Below are positions 44,491-53,804 of a stretch of 64,000 nucleotides of DNA, piece after piece; the stretch's first letter is position 1, and each line of letters starts with the position of its first letter. The notes beneath the pieces were generated by a model, which was not told where the DNA came from, made no database searches, and was given only the letters and a program-made list of their open reading frames with translations. This stretch comes from an uncultured Actinomycetes bacterium (GTDB lineage: Bacteria; Actinomycetota; Thermoleophilia; Gaiellales; JAICJC01). The stretch covers positions 1,587,667-1,651,666 of the forward strand of contig CAVWSF010000005.1 of the NCBI GenBank assembly GCA_963757605.1. Reading direction: 5' to 3'. The translations under genes were made by a program, and so were the position numbers.

Positions 44491-46273
44491 GCGTACCGGG
44501 CTCACCCGCCTCGGCGCGTACCTGACCGGGCGCCGGGCGCTCGTCGGCGGCCTGATCCTCGTCGCAACCGTGAGCGCCGCCGCCCAGTCCGGCGGCTGGC
44601 TGCTCGTACGGGCCGCGATCGATGACGGCATCGCCAAGGCCGACCGGCACACGCTCACGGTCGTCGTCATCCTCTACCTGGCGGTGGCCGCGCTCGGGTG
44701 GATCTGCCAGCTCGTGCTGATCCGCGGCCTTGCGGTCATCGGCCAGGGGATCGTGCTCGGCCTGCGGCGCGACCTCTTCGACCACCTGACCTCGCTCTCG
44801 CTGCGCTACTTCTCGGAGCAGCGGGCGGGATGGATCATCGCCCGCGTGACGAGCGACGTCGACGCCATCTCCGACGCGCTGTCACAGGGTCTCCCGACCC
44901 TGGTCTCGAACATCGTCCTGCTCCCAACGACGGTGATCGTGCTCTTCGTCGTCGACTGGCGGCTGGGTCTCGTGGCCATGGTGATCCTGCCGCCCGCGCT
45001 CATCCTGTCGCGCTGGTTCCAGCGCAAGTCGGCGGTGGCGCAGCTCGACGTGCGAAACCGCATCGCCGCCGTCACGGCCCAGGTGGCCGAGTCGGTGTCG
45101 GGGATGGCGATCGTGCAGGCGTTCAACCGCGAGCGCCAGTTCCAGGGGCAGTTCGACGAGCTGAACAGCGAGAACCGCAGCTCCAACATCTACGCCCAGC
45201 AGCTCTTCTCGGTGTTCTTCCCGTCGATCGAGCTCCTGGGGGCGATCTCGACCTGTGCCGTGCTCGTCGTGGGAGCGCGGTTCCTCTCCGAGGGCACGCT
45301 CACGATCGGCACGCTGATCACCGCCATCTACCTGCTGCAGCTCGTGTTCCAGCCGCTCCAGGAGCTCTCCGACGTGTACGGCCAGCTCCAGGCGGCGGGC
45401 GCGGCGATGGTGAAGATCACCTCGGTGCTCGACGCCGAGCCCGAGATCGGCGATCGCCCCGGCGCCGTGCCGATGCCGCCGATCGCGGGCGCCGTCGACC
45501 TCGACGAGGTCAGCTTCGCGTACGGCGAGACGGACGTGCTGCACGACATCTCGATCCACGTGCCCGCCGGCGGCTGCATCGCGCTCGTGGGCCAGACGGG
45601 CGGCGGCAAGTCGACGCTCGCGAAGCTGATCGCGCGCTTCTACGACCCGCGCACCGGCACCGTGTCGGTCGACGGGACCGATCTGCGCGACGTGCGGCTG
45701 GGCAGCTATCGCCGCCAGCTCGGGGTCGTGCTGCAGGACCCGTTCCTCTTCTCGGGCACCATCGCCGACAATCTGCGCTTCGGGCGGCCGGAGGCGAGCG
45801 ACGACGAGGTGCGCGAGACGGCCGCCGCGATCGGCCTCGACAGGCTCGTCGGCCGCCTCCACGGCGGGCTCGACCACGAGGTGCGCGAGGGCGGCTCCGG
45901 GCTCTCGGCCGGGGAGCGGCAGCTGATCTCGATCGCGCGGGCGCTCCTCGCCGACCCGCGCATCCTGATCCTCGACGAGGCCACGTCGAACATCGACCGG
46001 CCAACGGAGGTCCTGATCGAGCGGGCACTCGACCGGCTCCTGCACGGGCGCAGCTCGGTCATCATCGCCCACCGCCTGGCCACCGTCCGGCGGGCCGACG
46101 AGGTGATGGTCGTCGAGCGCGGCAAGATCGTCCAGCGGGGAGCCCCGGCCGACCTGCTCGCAGCCGACGGCCCGTTTCGGCGGCTGGCCGGGAGCCGCGA
46201 CCTGGCGGGCCGCGCGGCCCGAGACGCGGGGCGGCGCCGGCCGCCGGCCGTCCGGGCGCGACCGTGTTCCTAG
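44480..46273 (+). CDS. ABC transporter (fused permease + ATPase), partner of the upstream gene
   Basis: 597 aa and intact. A six-TM domain, 'GQTGGGKST', 'LSAGERQLISIARAL' and 'ILILDEATSNID' are present. It overlaps the upstream gene end by 11 nt. Confidence 0.85.
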   Translation: MSHRRTGLTRLGAYLTGRRALVGGLILVATVSAAAQSGGWLLVRAAIDDGIAKADRHTLTVVVILYLAVAALGWICQLVLIRGLAVIGQGIVLGLRRDLFDHLTSLSLRYFSEQRAGWIIARVTSDVDAISDALSQGLPTLVSNIVLLPTTVIVLFVVDWRLGLVAMVILPPALILSRWFQRKSAVAQLDVRNRIAAVTAQVAESVSGMAIVQAFNRERQFQGQFDELNSENRSSNIYAQQLFSVFFPSIELLGAISTCAVLVVGARFLSEGTLTIGTLITAIYLLQLVFQPLQELSDVYGQLQAAGAAMVKITSVLDAEPEIGDRPGAVPMPPIAGAVDLDEVSFAYGETDVLHDISIHVPAGGCIALVGQTGGGKSTLAKLIARFYDPRTGTVSVDGTDLRDVRLGSYRRQLGVVLQDPFLFSGTIADNLRFGRPEASDDEVRETAAAIGLDRLVGRLHGGLDHEVREGGSGLSAGERQLISIARALLADPRILILDEATSNIDRPTEVLIERALDRLLHGRSSVIIAHRLATVRRADEVMVVERGKIVQRGAPADLLAADGPFRRLAGSRDLAGRAARDAGRRRPPAVRARPCS

Positions 46274-47102
46274 CCGATCGCTGAGGCGATCTGGCTCTGG
46301 GTCAGCGCGGTGGCGTAGACGAGGAACCGCGACATCGTGCCGTTGAAGAACGCCTCGGCATCCTCGTTCGTGCCGACCCCGCCCGGCGCGTGCCCCTTCC
46401 GGTGCTTGGCGGCGACCACCAGGTTCTCGTCGATGCCGGTGATCGTCGCGCCGGTGTTCAGCGTGCCGGTCCGCGCGACGCTCCTGTCGAGGGCGAGATG
46501 GGTGCCGTCCCCGCGGGCGACGTAGGTGCGCAGATGCGCGCCGTCGTAGGTCGCGACCGCCCACGTCAGGGTGTGGTTCGGGATGACGCGGTTGCCGGTG
46601 AACGTGTCGGCCGAGTGGCCGTTGAAGAACCCGCCCACGCGAAGCCGGTACCTCGGGGTCGTGTCCTCGCGGACGTTGAACCAGAAGCTCCCGGCCTTCT
46701 CCATGAGCTCGTACCGCTGGTGCGCGGGGTCGGTGTCGACCGACTCCTTCAGCGTGAACCGGACGAGGATGGAGAAGTGGTTCACGTCGAGACCGCCCAT
46801 CCGGTTCGGGATCTCGATCCGCTGCTTCTGCCTGCCGGCGAAGACGACCGCCGTCGCGCCCTGGGCATCCGTCGTCGTGGTCGGGCTCCAGCTCGTCTCC
46901 GATCCGACCGGCCCCTTCTTCCCCGCACCGCCGTTTCCGCTCCCTGAGCGATCGGGACGCTCGGGCCGGAGATGTGCGCGAAGTCGAGGTCGATGATCGG
47001 CCCCGGCCCGGTGACGCCGGCGGCGCTCGGCCGCAGGCCCGACGCGCTTGCCGGCACGGCAAGCACCATGCAGGCCGCGACGAACGCGATGACTCGTCTC
47101 AC
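46270..47102 (-). pseudogene. secreted LamG/concanavalin-like domain protein, signal peptide and body in different frames
   Basis: ORF 46782..47102(-) gives 'RRVIAFVAACMVLAVPASASG...' and then degenerates. The LamG-like body ('GATAVVFAGRQKQRIEIPN...HFSILVRFTL...TWAVATYDG...FFNGTMSRFLVYATALT') is the C-terminus of ORF 46270..48510(-). The switch lies somewhere in 46900-46975. Confidence 0.6.
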
Positions 47103-47175
47103 TCGTTCCCTGCCCGGATCGTGGACGCTCTTCGTGACGATCGTAGCACTCGGCCGCTGCCACTAGGCTGGCGGG

Positions 47176-48432
47176 ATGCGCACCTCCCTCGCGCCGCTCG
47201 GCGAGCGGAACTTCCGGCTGCTCTTCTGCGCCCAGGCGGTCTGGCTCCTGGGCTCGTGGATGACGCCGGTCGCGCTGGCGTTCGCGGTCCTCAGCCTGAC
47301 CGACTCGCCGGCCGCGCTCGGCCTGGTGCTCGGCGCCGAGGCGGTGCCGCTCACGCTGCTCCTGCTCGTGGGCGGCGTCTGGGCCGACCGCCTGCCGCGC
47401 GTGCGCGTCATGGTGACGGCGGATCTGGTGAGCGCCGTCTCGCAGGGCACCACCGCCGTCCTGCTCATCGCCGGCTCGGCCGAGGTCTGGCAGCTGGCCG
47501 CCCTGGCCGCGGTCGGCGGCGCCGCCGACGCCTTCCACACGCCGGCCTGGTCGGGCCTTCTGCCCGAGACGGTGCCGCCGTCGATGCTGCAGCGTGCCAA
47601 CGCGCTGCGGCATCTCGAGTCGAACGCCGGCCGGGTGGCCGGGCCGCTGCTCGCCGGCGTCATCATCGCCGCCGCCGGCGCGGGCTGGGCGATCGCCGCC
47701 GACGCGCTCTCGTTCCTGCTGGCGGCGGTCATCCTGGTCGGCATCGAGGTGCCCGGCCGGGCCGTCGCCGAGGCCGCGACGAGCTTCGTGGACGAGCTTC
47801 GGGACGGCTGGCGCGCGGTGCGGTCGCAGTCGTGGCTCCTCCTGATGATGGTCGACACCGCGCTCTGGATGCTCGTGATCTACGCCCCGTACGCGGTACT
47901 CGGCCCGGTCGTCTGCGACCGCCAGCTCGACGGCGCGAGCTCGTGGGCCCTGATCGCGGCCGCCTACGGCCTCGGCAGCGTCGGCGGCGGCGTGCTCGGC
48001 CTGCGCCTGCATCCGCGCCGGCCGCTCCTGGTCGCCGTCGTCATCAACGCCGTCTTCCTCCCGCTCCTGGCCTCGCTGGCGGTGGCGGCTCCGGCGTGGA
48101 CGATCGCCGCCATGGCCGTCCCGGCCGGCGTCTCGACCTCGCTCTACATGGTGCTGTGGGACACCACGCTGCAAGAGCGCGTCCCTCGGGAGGCGCTCTC
48201 CCGCGTGTCGAGCTTCGAGCGGGTCTCGGTCTACGCCCCGCTCCCGATCGGGATGGCGCTGGCCGGCCCGGTCGCGCAGTGGCTGGGCGTCGAGGCGACG
48301 CTGTGGATCTCGGCGGCCTGGCTCGGCGTGTCCACCGTCTTCCTGCTCTCCGTCCCCAGCGTCCGCCGGATGGAGCGGCTCGCGCCCGAGCGCAGCCCCG
48401 CGCCCGGCCCGGCGTATCCTGCGGGGCCATGA
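47176..48432 (+). CDS. MFS transporter (EntS/MFS_3-like)
   Basis: 418 aa and hydrophobic. 'FRLLFCAQAVWLLGSW' and 'GGVWADRLPR' are present. Same subfamily pattern as 5349..6710. Confidence 0.8.
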   Translation: MRTSLAPLGERNFRLLFCAQAVWLLGSWMTPVALAFAVLSLTDSPAALGLVLGAEAVPLTLLLLVGGVWADRLPRVRVMVTADLVSAVSQGTTAVLLIAGSAEVWQLAALAAVGGAADAFHTPAWSGLLPETVPPSMLQRANALRHLESNAGRVAGPLLAGVIIAAAGAGWAIAADALSFLLAAVILVGIEVPGRAVAEAATSFVDELRDGWRAVRSQSWLLLMMVDTALWMLVIYAPYAVLGPVVCDRQLDGASSWALIAAAYGLGSVGGGVLGLRLHPRRPLLVAVVINAVFLPLLASLAVAAPAWTIAAMAVPAGVSTSLYMVLWDTTLQERVPREALSRVSSFERVSVYAPLPIGMALAGPVAQWLGVEATLWISAAWLGVSTVFLLSVPSVRRMERLAPERSPAPGPAYPAGP

Positions 48433-48475
48433 CGGGCGGCGCCCGGGCCCGCTGCGACCAGACCACGGGGCGATC
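48417..48475. repeat. copy A of a ~59-nt dispersed repeat (partner at 53809..53868)
   Basis: Hand alignment of tcctgcggGgccatgacgGgcggcgcccgggcCcgctgcgaccaGaccacg...cgatc against the partner gives 46 identical of the first 50 aligned positions. After that it degrades: 3 mismatches, 1 extra nt in copy B, then a shared cgatc. Confidence 0.5.
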
Positions 48476-48552
48476 TCGTGCACATCCCGCTCGTCGGCAC
48501 GGCGAAGCACGTATCGAGCGGGTCGCGCATGTCATGAGAGACTGGTGCGGCG

Positions 48553-49798
48553 ATGGATGTCGACTGGCACGCCGAGCGCGGCGACCTGCCGGCAGCTGGC
48601 GAGTCTGGACGACTTGGCGCCGGCCGGGATGGACTTCGCGCGCTTCGCCGCTATCGGCTGGGGCGGGTCCGCGAGCAGATGGAGGCGCACGGCCTCGACG
48701 CCTGCGTCCTGGTCGATCCGGTCAACGTCCGCTACGCCACCGGGGCCCGGAACATGCAGGTGTTCCACCTGCGAAACCCGGCCCGGTACCTGTTCCTGCC
48801 GCTCGACGGCCCGGTCGTCCTGCACGAGTTCACGGGCTGCATGCACCTGGCCGACGGCCTGGAGACGATCGCCGAGGTGCGCCCGGCGATCACCGCCAGC
48901 TACGCGGCCGCCGGGCCGGACGTGGAGGCGGCCGAGGCCGGCTGGGCCGGCCAGGTGGGCGATCTGGTGCGTGAGCACTGCGGCGGGCGAGCGCGCGTCG
49001 GCATCGAGCGGGTGAACGCCGGCGCTGCGCTCGCGCTGGCGGCGGAGGGCTTCCGTCTCTCCGACGCCCAGGCTCCGGTCGAGCGGGCGCGGGCGGTCAA
49101 GTCGGCGGAAGAGCTGGCCTGCATCCGAGCCTCGATCGCGGCCACCGAGGCCGGGGTCGCTCGCATGCGGGCAGCGCTCGCCCCGGGGCTGAGCGAGAAC
49201 CGGCTGTGGTCGATCCTGCACGAGAGCGTGATCGCGCTGGGCGGGGAGTACGTCGAGACCCGGCTTCTGTCGTCGGGGCCGCGCACCAACCCGTGGTTCC
49301 AGGAGACGGGCGAGCGGCGCATGGAGCCGGGCGAGCTGGTCGCGCTCGACACCGACGTGGTCGGATGCCACGGCTACTACTGCGACTTCTCGCGCACGTT
49401 CCACGCCGGGCCCGGCGAGCCGACCGCCCGCCAGCGGGAGCTCTACCGGCACGCCCACGAGCAGGTGCACACGAACCTCGAGCTGCTCGAGCCCGGCCTC
49501 TCGTTCCGCGAGTACGCCGAGCGGGCCTGGCCGATCCCCGAGCGGTTCCTGGCCAACCGCTACTTCTGCTCGGCGCACGGCTGCGGCATGACGGGGAGTA
49601 CCCCTACCTGTACCACCTGGTCGACTTCGACGAGTCCGGCTACGACGGCGTGCTCGTGCCGGGAATGACGATCTGCGTCGAGAGCTACGTCGGTGAGGAG
49701 GGCGGCGAGGAGGGCGTGAAGCTCGAGCAGCAGGCGTTGATCCGCGACGACGGTGTCGAGCTCCTGTCGTCTTCCCGTTCGAGCAGGCGCTGCTCTGA
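48553..49798 (+). pseudogene. M24-family metallopeptidase/creatinase-like hydrolase (Xaa-Pro aminopeptidase / ectoine-hydrolase type) with two frameshifts near the 3' end
   Basis: ORF 48553 is intact through 'ALDTDVVGCHGYYCDFSRTF' and 'SAHGCGMTG'. The sequence 'EYPYLYHLVDFDESGYDGVLVPGMTICVESYVGEEGGEEGVKLEQQALI..GVELLS' continues in the ORF 49206 frame (switch about 49593). '..FPFEQALL*' is in the third frame (switch about 49771), with stop 49796-49798. Confidence 0.7.
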
Positions 49799-49816
49799 GC
49801 CGGAGCGGCGGGTGGC

Positions 49817-51868
49817 GTGACGACCGTCCGCACGACCTGCCCGCGGGACTGCTACGACGCCTGCGGCGTCGCTCGTCGTCCAGCGGAACGGCCGCATCAC
49901 GCGGTCCGGGGCGACCCGGACCATCCGGTCAGCCGCGGGCCGCGCTGTGCCGGAAGTGCTCGATCGGCTACAACGGCGCGTTCCTCGACCCGGCCGCGCG
50001 GCTGCTCACGCCCCTGCGTCCGGAGCGGGCCGAAGGGCGCAGGCGCGTTCCGAGACGTCTCGCTGGGACGAGGCGCTCGGCGCTGGTCGCCGAGCGGCTC
50101 GGCGCGGTCGTCGAGGCGGCCGGCGCCGCGAGGCGATCCTCAACACCCACTACACGGGCACGTTCGCGCTGCTCGGCTACGGCTTCCCGCTGCGGTTCTT
50201 CAACCGCCTCGGCGCGACCGAGGTCGACCCCGACACCGTCTGCAACAAGGCGGGCCACGTCGCGCTCGACTACCTCTACGGCACGTCGGAGTCGGGTTCG
50301 ACCCGCGCACCGCGGCGCGACGCCGCCTGCATCCTCGTGTGGGGCGCGAACCCGTCGGCCTCGCGCGCCGCACGCCGACGAGCACTGGCTGGCGGAGGCG
50401 CCCGGCGCGGTCGATCGTCGTCGACCCGATCCGGACCGGGACCGCGGCGCAGGCCGACCTGCACCTGCAGCCGTTCCCCGGCTCGCGACGCCGCGCTCGC
50501 GTTCGCGCTCCTGCACGTGATCCGCGCGCGACGGGCTCGCCGACCGCGCGTTCCTGGCCGCGCACAGCGCTCGGCTGGCGACGAGCTCGAGCCGCTGCTC
50601 GGCGACCGTGCACGCCGGAGTGGGGCGAGCGGACGACCGGCGTCCCCGCGGCCGACATCGAGCGCGCCGCGCATCTCTACGCGCGCGGGCCCGTCGCTGC
50701 TGTGGCTCGGGCAGGGGCTGCAGCGCCAGCCGACGGGCGGCAACGTCATGCGCGCGTGTCGCGCTGCTGCCCGCCGCTCACCGGCAACCTCGGCCGCCGC
50801 GGCGCCGGGTTCCTCTACCTCAACGGCGACGGCCGCGCGGGATCGACGGCGACTAGCTGACCGGCGCCGCACCTGGCGCGGACCCGCCGCCGCCGGTGAG
50901 CCAGATGGACCTCGCCGGCCGCCTCGAGGATCGCCGACCGTTCGCGCGCGCTCGTCTGCTGGAACATCAACATCGCCGCGTCCAACCCGGAGCAGGCGCG
51001 GCTGCGGGCCGCCCTGGCCCGCGAGGACCTGTTCACGGTCGTCGTCGACCTCTTCCCGACGGACACCACCGACTTCGCCGACGTCGTGCTCCCGGCGGCG
51101 AGCTTCCTCGAGTTCGACGACCTCGTCACGCCCTACTTCAACCTCAGCGTCTCCGCCCAGGTGAAGGCGGTCGACCCGCCGGGCGAGGCGCTGCCGAACC
51201 AGGAGATCTTCCGCCGCCTGGCCGAAGCGATGGGCTACACCGAGCCGGAGCTCTTCGAGCCCGACGCCGTCCTCCTGGACGAGATCGTCCGCCAGGCGGG
51301 CGTGGCGGACAGCTTCGACCGGCTCGCCGCGGCCCGCTCGATCCCACTGTCGCCCGAGCCGATCGTCCAGTTCGCCGACCGCCGCTTCCCGACGCCGAGC
51401 GGCCGGGTCGAGATCGCATCGGCCGCCGCCGAGGCCGACGGCCACCCGCGCGTGCCGCTGCCCTGGGCCGACGATCGGCCTGGCCCGGGACGGCTCCGGC
51501 TGCTCTCGCCCGCCTCGGCCTGGCCGCTGAACGACACCTTCGCCAACGACCGCAAGGTGGCGCACGCGATGGGGCAGGCCGCCGTCGCGCTGCACCCCGC
51601 CGACGCGGCCCGGCTCGGCGTCGCCGACGGCGATCTCGTCACCGCCGCGAACGGGCACGGCACGCTCACCGGGCTCGTCGTCCGCGTATCCGACGTCGTG
51701 CCGCGCGGCGTCGCGCTCTCGCCGAAGGGCCGCTGGCCGCGGCGGGAGCCGAGCCGTGCCAACGTGAACGTCCTGAACCCGGGGTCGAAGGCCGACATGG
51801 GCGAGAGCACCGCCGTGCACGGCGTCGAGGTCGAAATCAGGCCACAGGCGGCGACCGCGACCGGCTGA
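49817..51868 (+). pseudogene. molybdopterin (MGD)-dependent oxidoreductase, 5' 1.1 kb riddled with about 21 frame changes and one in-frame TAG; 3' 0.93 kb intact
   Basis: The N-terminus is 'TTCPRDCYDACG' (Fe-S Cys motif). Family sequence can be followed only by hopping between all three frames up to 50936. From there, ORF 51086..51868 and its upstream in-frame extension are continuous ('NINIAASNPEQ...LPAASFLEFDD...' and the C-terminal beta-barrel domain 'VALHPADAARLGVADGDLV'). Confidence 0.8.
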
Positions 51869-51875
51869 GCCGCGG

Positions 51876-53747
51876 TCAGGGCGCGAGCATCCGAAGCCGG
51901 AGCGGACGCCCGCCGGAGGCGGTACCTGTCAGGCGCGCCTCGGCCCGGCGGCCCTGCATGCTCCAGCGCAGGTGCAGGTGCTCGTGGACTGCACCGGGCC
52001 CGGTGACCGTCACCACCCCCCGCACCCAGCCGTGCTTGTACGACCAGCGTACGCGGCCCGACAACCCCACTCCGGGCACGAATGCGGCACCGTGCAGGTG
52101 GAAGGTCGTCAGGTCGCCGATTCCCGTATACGACCAGGTCCCACCGCGCAGGCCGTGGTCGACGCCGCTGTAGTTGACCCACCACCGCTGGAGGGCATCG
52201 GCGACCGACTCGGCGCCCGCGGCCGCGACCCGCCGCTCCTGGAGCGTCGAGCGGTCGCCGGCGGCGGGCGTCGCCGGCGCCACGCCAGACAGGTGGAGCG
52301 GGAAGTCGTCGACGACCCGCACCTCGGGCGTGCTCTGGGAGGCGCAGGAGGTGTCGCCCGGCTTGAGCGTCTCCACGAAGTGGGCGTAGATGTTCTTGGG
52401 GCAGTCGAAGTTGTCGGCAAGCGCGGTCACGTGGATGTCGTTCTGGACGACGACGTAGTGGCTGTTCGGGAACCGCGAGGCCACGACGCTCGCGTCCTCG
52501 AGCGGGGTGATGTTGTCGATGTCCCCGTTCAGGACGAGCGTCGGCACGCCGGGATAGCGGGCGCCGGGGGGATCCGGCGGGTCGGGGAACGCGGGCGACG
52601 GCCAGTGCAGGCACTGAAGGCCACCCTCGTACGGGTAGCCGATCCACGCCAACCCGCCGAACGGGTAGAAGGGGCTCGTCCCGATCTGCCGCAGCCCGGC
52701 GTGCGTGATCGCCAGCCGGTCGGCCATCGGGGCGGAGGACGACCACGGCTGCGGATAGTCGTGGCAGACGACAGCGAGGTAGAGCGCCTCGGAGCTGTAG
52801 ACAGGGTCCTCCTCGGGCCCGTCGGTGGTGAACGTCTCCGCCGCAAGCCGCAGGATCGGCTGGTCGTCGCCGCGCCAGACGGCCCGGATAGCGGCCGGCA
52901 GGTCGCGATACGTCGTCGGGTAGTAGTAGCCCGACCCGGCGAGCTGCACGAGCGCGTCCTCGTCCACCCGCATGAAGACCCGGGTGCCGTCGCCGTTTCG
53001 CGTCCAGCCCGTGATCGGATGGCGGCGGACGCGGTGCACGAGCTGCGCCAGCGCGGCCACCGGGTCGCCGTGGGACATGCAGGGCGGCCGGCGTGCGCAC
53101 GTCAGCCGCAGCGCGATCCGTGTCCGCGCGGCCAGGTCGCGGAAAAACGGGTCCGATCCCGGCAGCTGGTAGGTGCCGTCGAGCACGAGCGATCGCAGCC
53201 GCACCGGGAAGCGCAGCGCAAACGCCTGGGCCGCATACGAGCCGTACGAGTCGCCGTACAGGTCGACCTTGCCCGCGTGGACGGCCTTGAGCACCGCCTC
53301 GACGTCCTGCACCGACTGGGAGGTGTCGTAGAAGTCGCGCTTGGGACCGAGCTGGCGGGCGCAGCGGCCCGCCCGCGGCAGGTAGGGCAGGATGTGGTGC
53401 TTGAAGGCAGGGCAGTCGAGCGCCCCCGACCGCCCGGTGCCCCGCAGGTCGACGAGCAGCAGGCTGCGGCGGGATGCGACGGGCCGCGAGAGGGCCACGC
53501 GGTTTGCCCGGTCGGCGGTGGTCGGGTAGCCGGGCCCGCCCTCGATCGAGACGATCGTGGATATCACCGGGCGGGAGGCGTCGCCCGGCGGGTAGAGCTC
53601 GAAGTAGATCCGGATCCGCCGTCCACGCGGGTCGCGGCGGTCGAGCGGAACAGGCAGATATCCACAGAACGCGCCGTGAGCCGATGCGAAGTGCGGACAG
53701 TGCGCCCGCTGGACCGCCGGCGAGACGACCGGCGGCGGAGCGTGCAT
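51876..53747 (-). CDS. alpha/beta hydrolase, tripeptidyl-aminopeptidase (TAP/S33)-like
   Basis: 623 aa and intact. 'IEGGPGYP', 'LVDLRGTGRSG' and 'LYGDSYGSYAAQ' (GxSxG nucleophile elbow) are present, followed by a long C-terminal domain. Confidence 0.8.
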   Translation of the reverse strand: MHAPPPVVSPAVQRAHCPHFASAHGAFCGYLPVPLDRRDPRGRRIRIYFELYPPGDASRPVISTIVSIEGGPGYPTTADRANRVALSRPVASRRSLLLVDLRGTGRSGALDCPAFKHHILPYLPRAGRCARQLGPKRDFYDTSQSVQDVEAVLKAVHAGKVDLYGDSYGSYAAQAFALRFPVRLRSLVLDGTYQLPGSDPFFRDLAARTRIALRLTCARRPPCMSHGDPVAALAQLVHRVRRHPITGWTRNGDGTRVFMRVDEDALVQLAGSGYYYPTTYRDLPAAIRAVWRGDDQPILRLAAETFTTDGPEEDPVYSSEALYLAVVCHDYPQPWSSSAPMADRLAITHAGLRQIGTSPFYPFGGLAWIGYPYEGGLQCLHWPSPAFPDPPDPPGARYPGVPTLVLNGDIDNITPLEDASVVASRFPNSHYVVVQNDIHVTALADNFDCPKNIYAHFVETLKPGDTSCASQSTPEVRVVDDFPLHLSGVAPATPAAGDRSTLQERRVAAAGAESVADALQRWWVNYSGVDHGLRGGTWSYTGIGDLTTFHLHGAAFVPGVGLSGRVRWSYKHGWVRGVVTVTGPGAVHEHLHLRWSMQGRRAEARLTGTASGGRPLRLRMLAP

Positions 53748-53804
53748 GCGCCAGAGTCTACGGCGACCCGGGGCCGGCTGGCAAGCATTACATGTTCTGC
53801 GACG

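Noticed and set aside
42732-46273. The ABC exporter pair considered as cydDC, matching the cydAB operon 12 kb upstream.
   Set aside because: The architecture of two fused TMD-NBD half transporters is shared by many exporter families. I see no CydDC-specific evidence and the genes are not linked to cydAB. They are left as generic ABC exporters.
49817-51868. The molybdopterin oxidoreductase considered as a selenoprotein linked to the tRNA-Sec-like gene at the window edge.
   Set aside because: The only in-frame stop I can place within conserved sense is a TAG (50854-50856), not TGA. The many frame changes are not explained by recoding. The distance (12 kb) and the intervening unrelated genes give no support.
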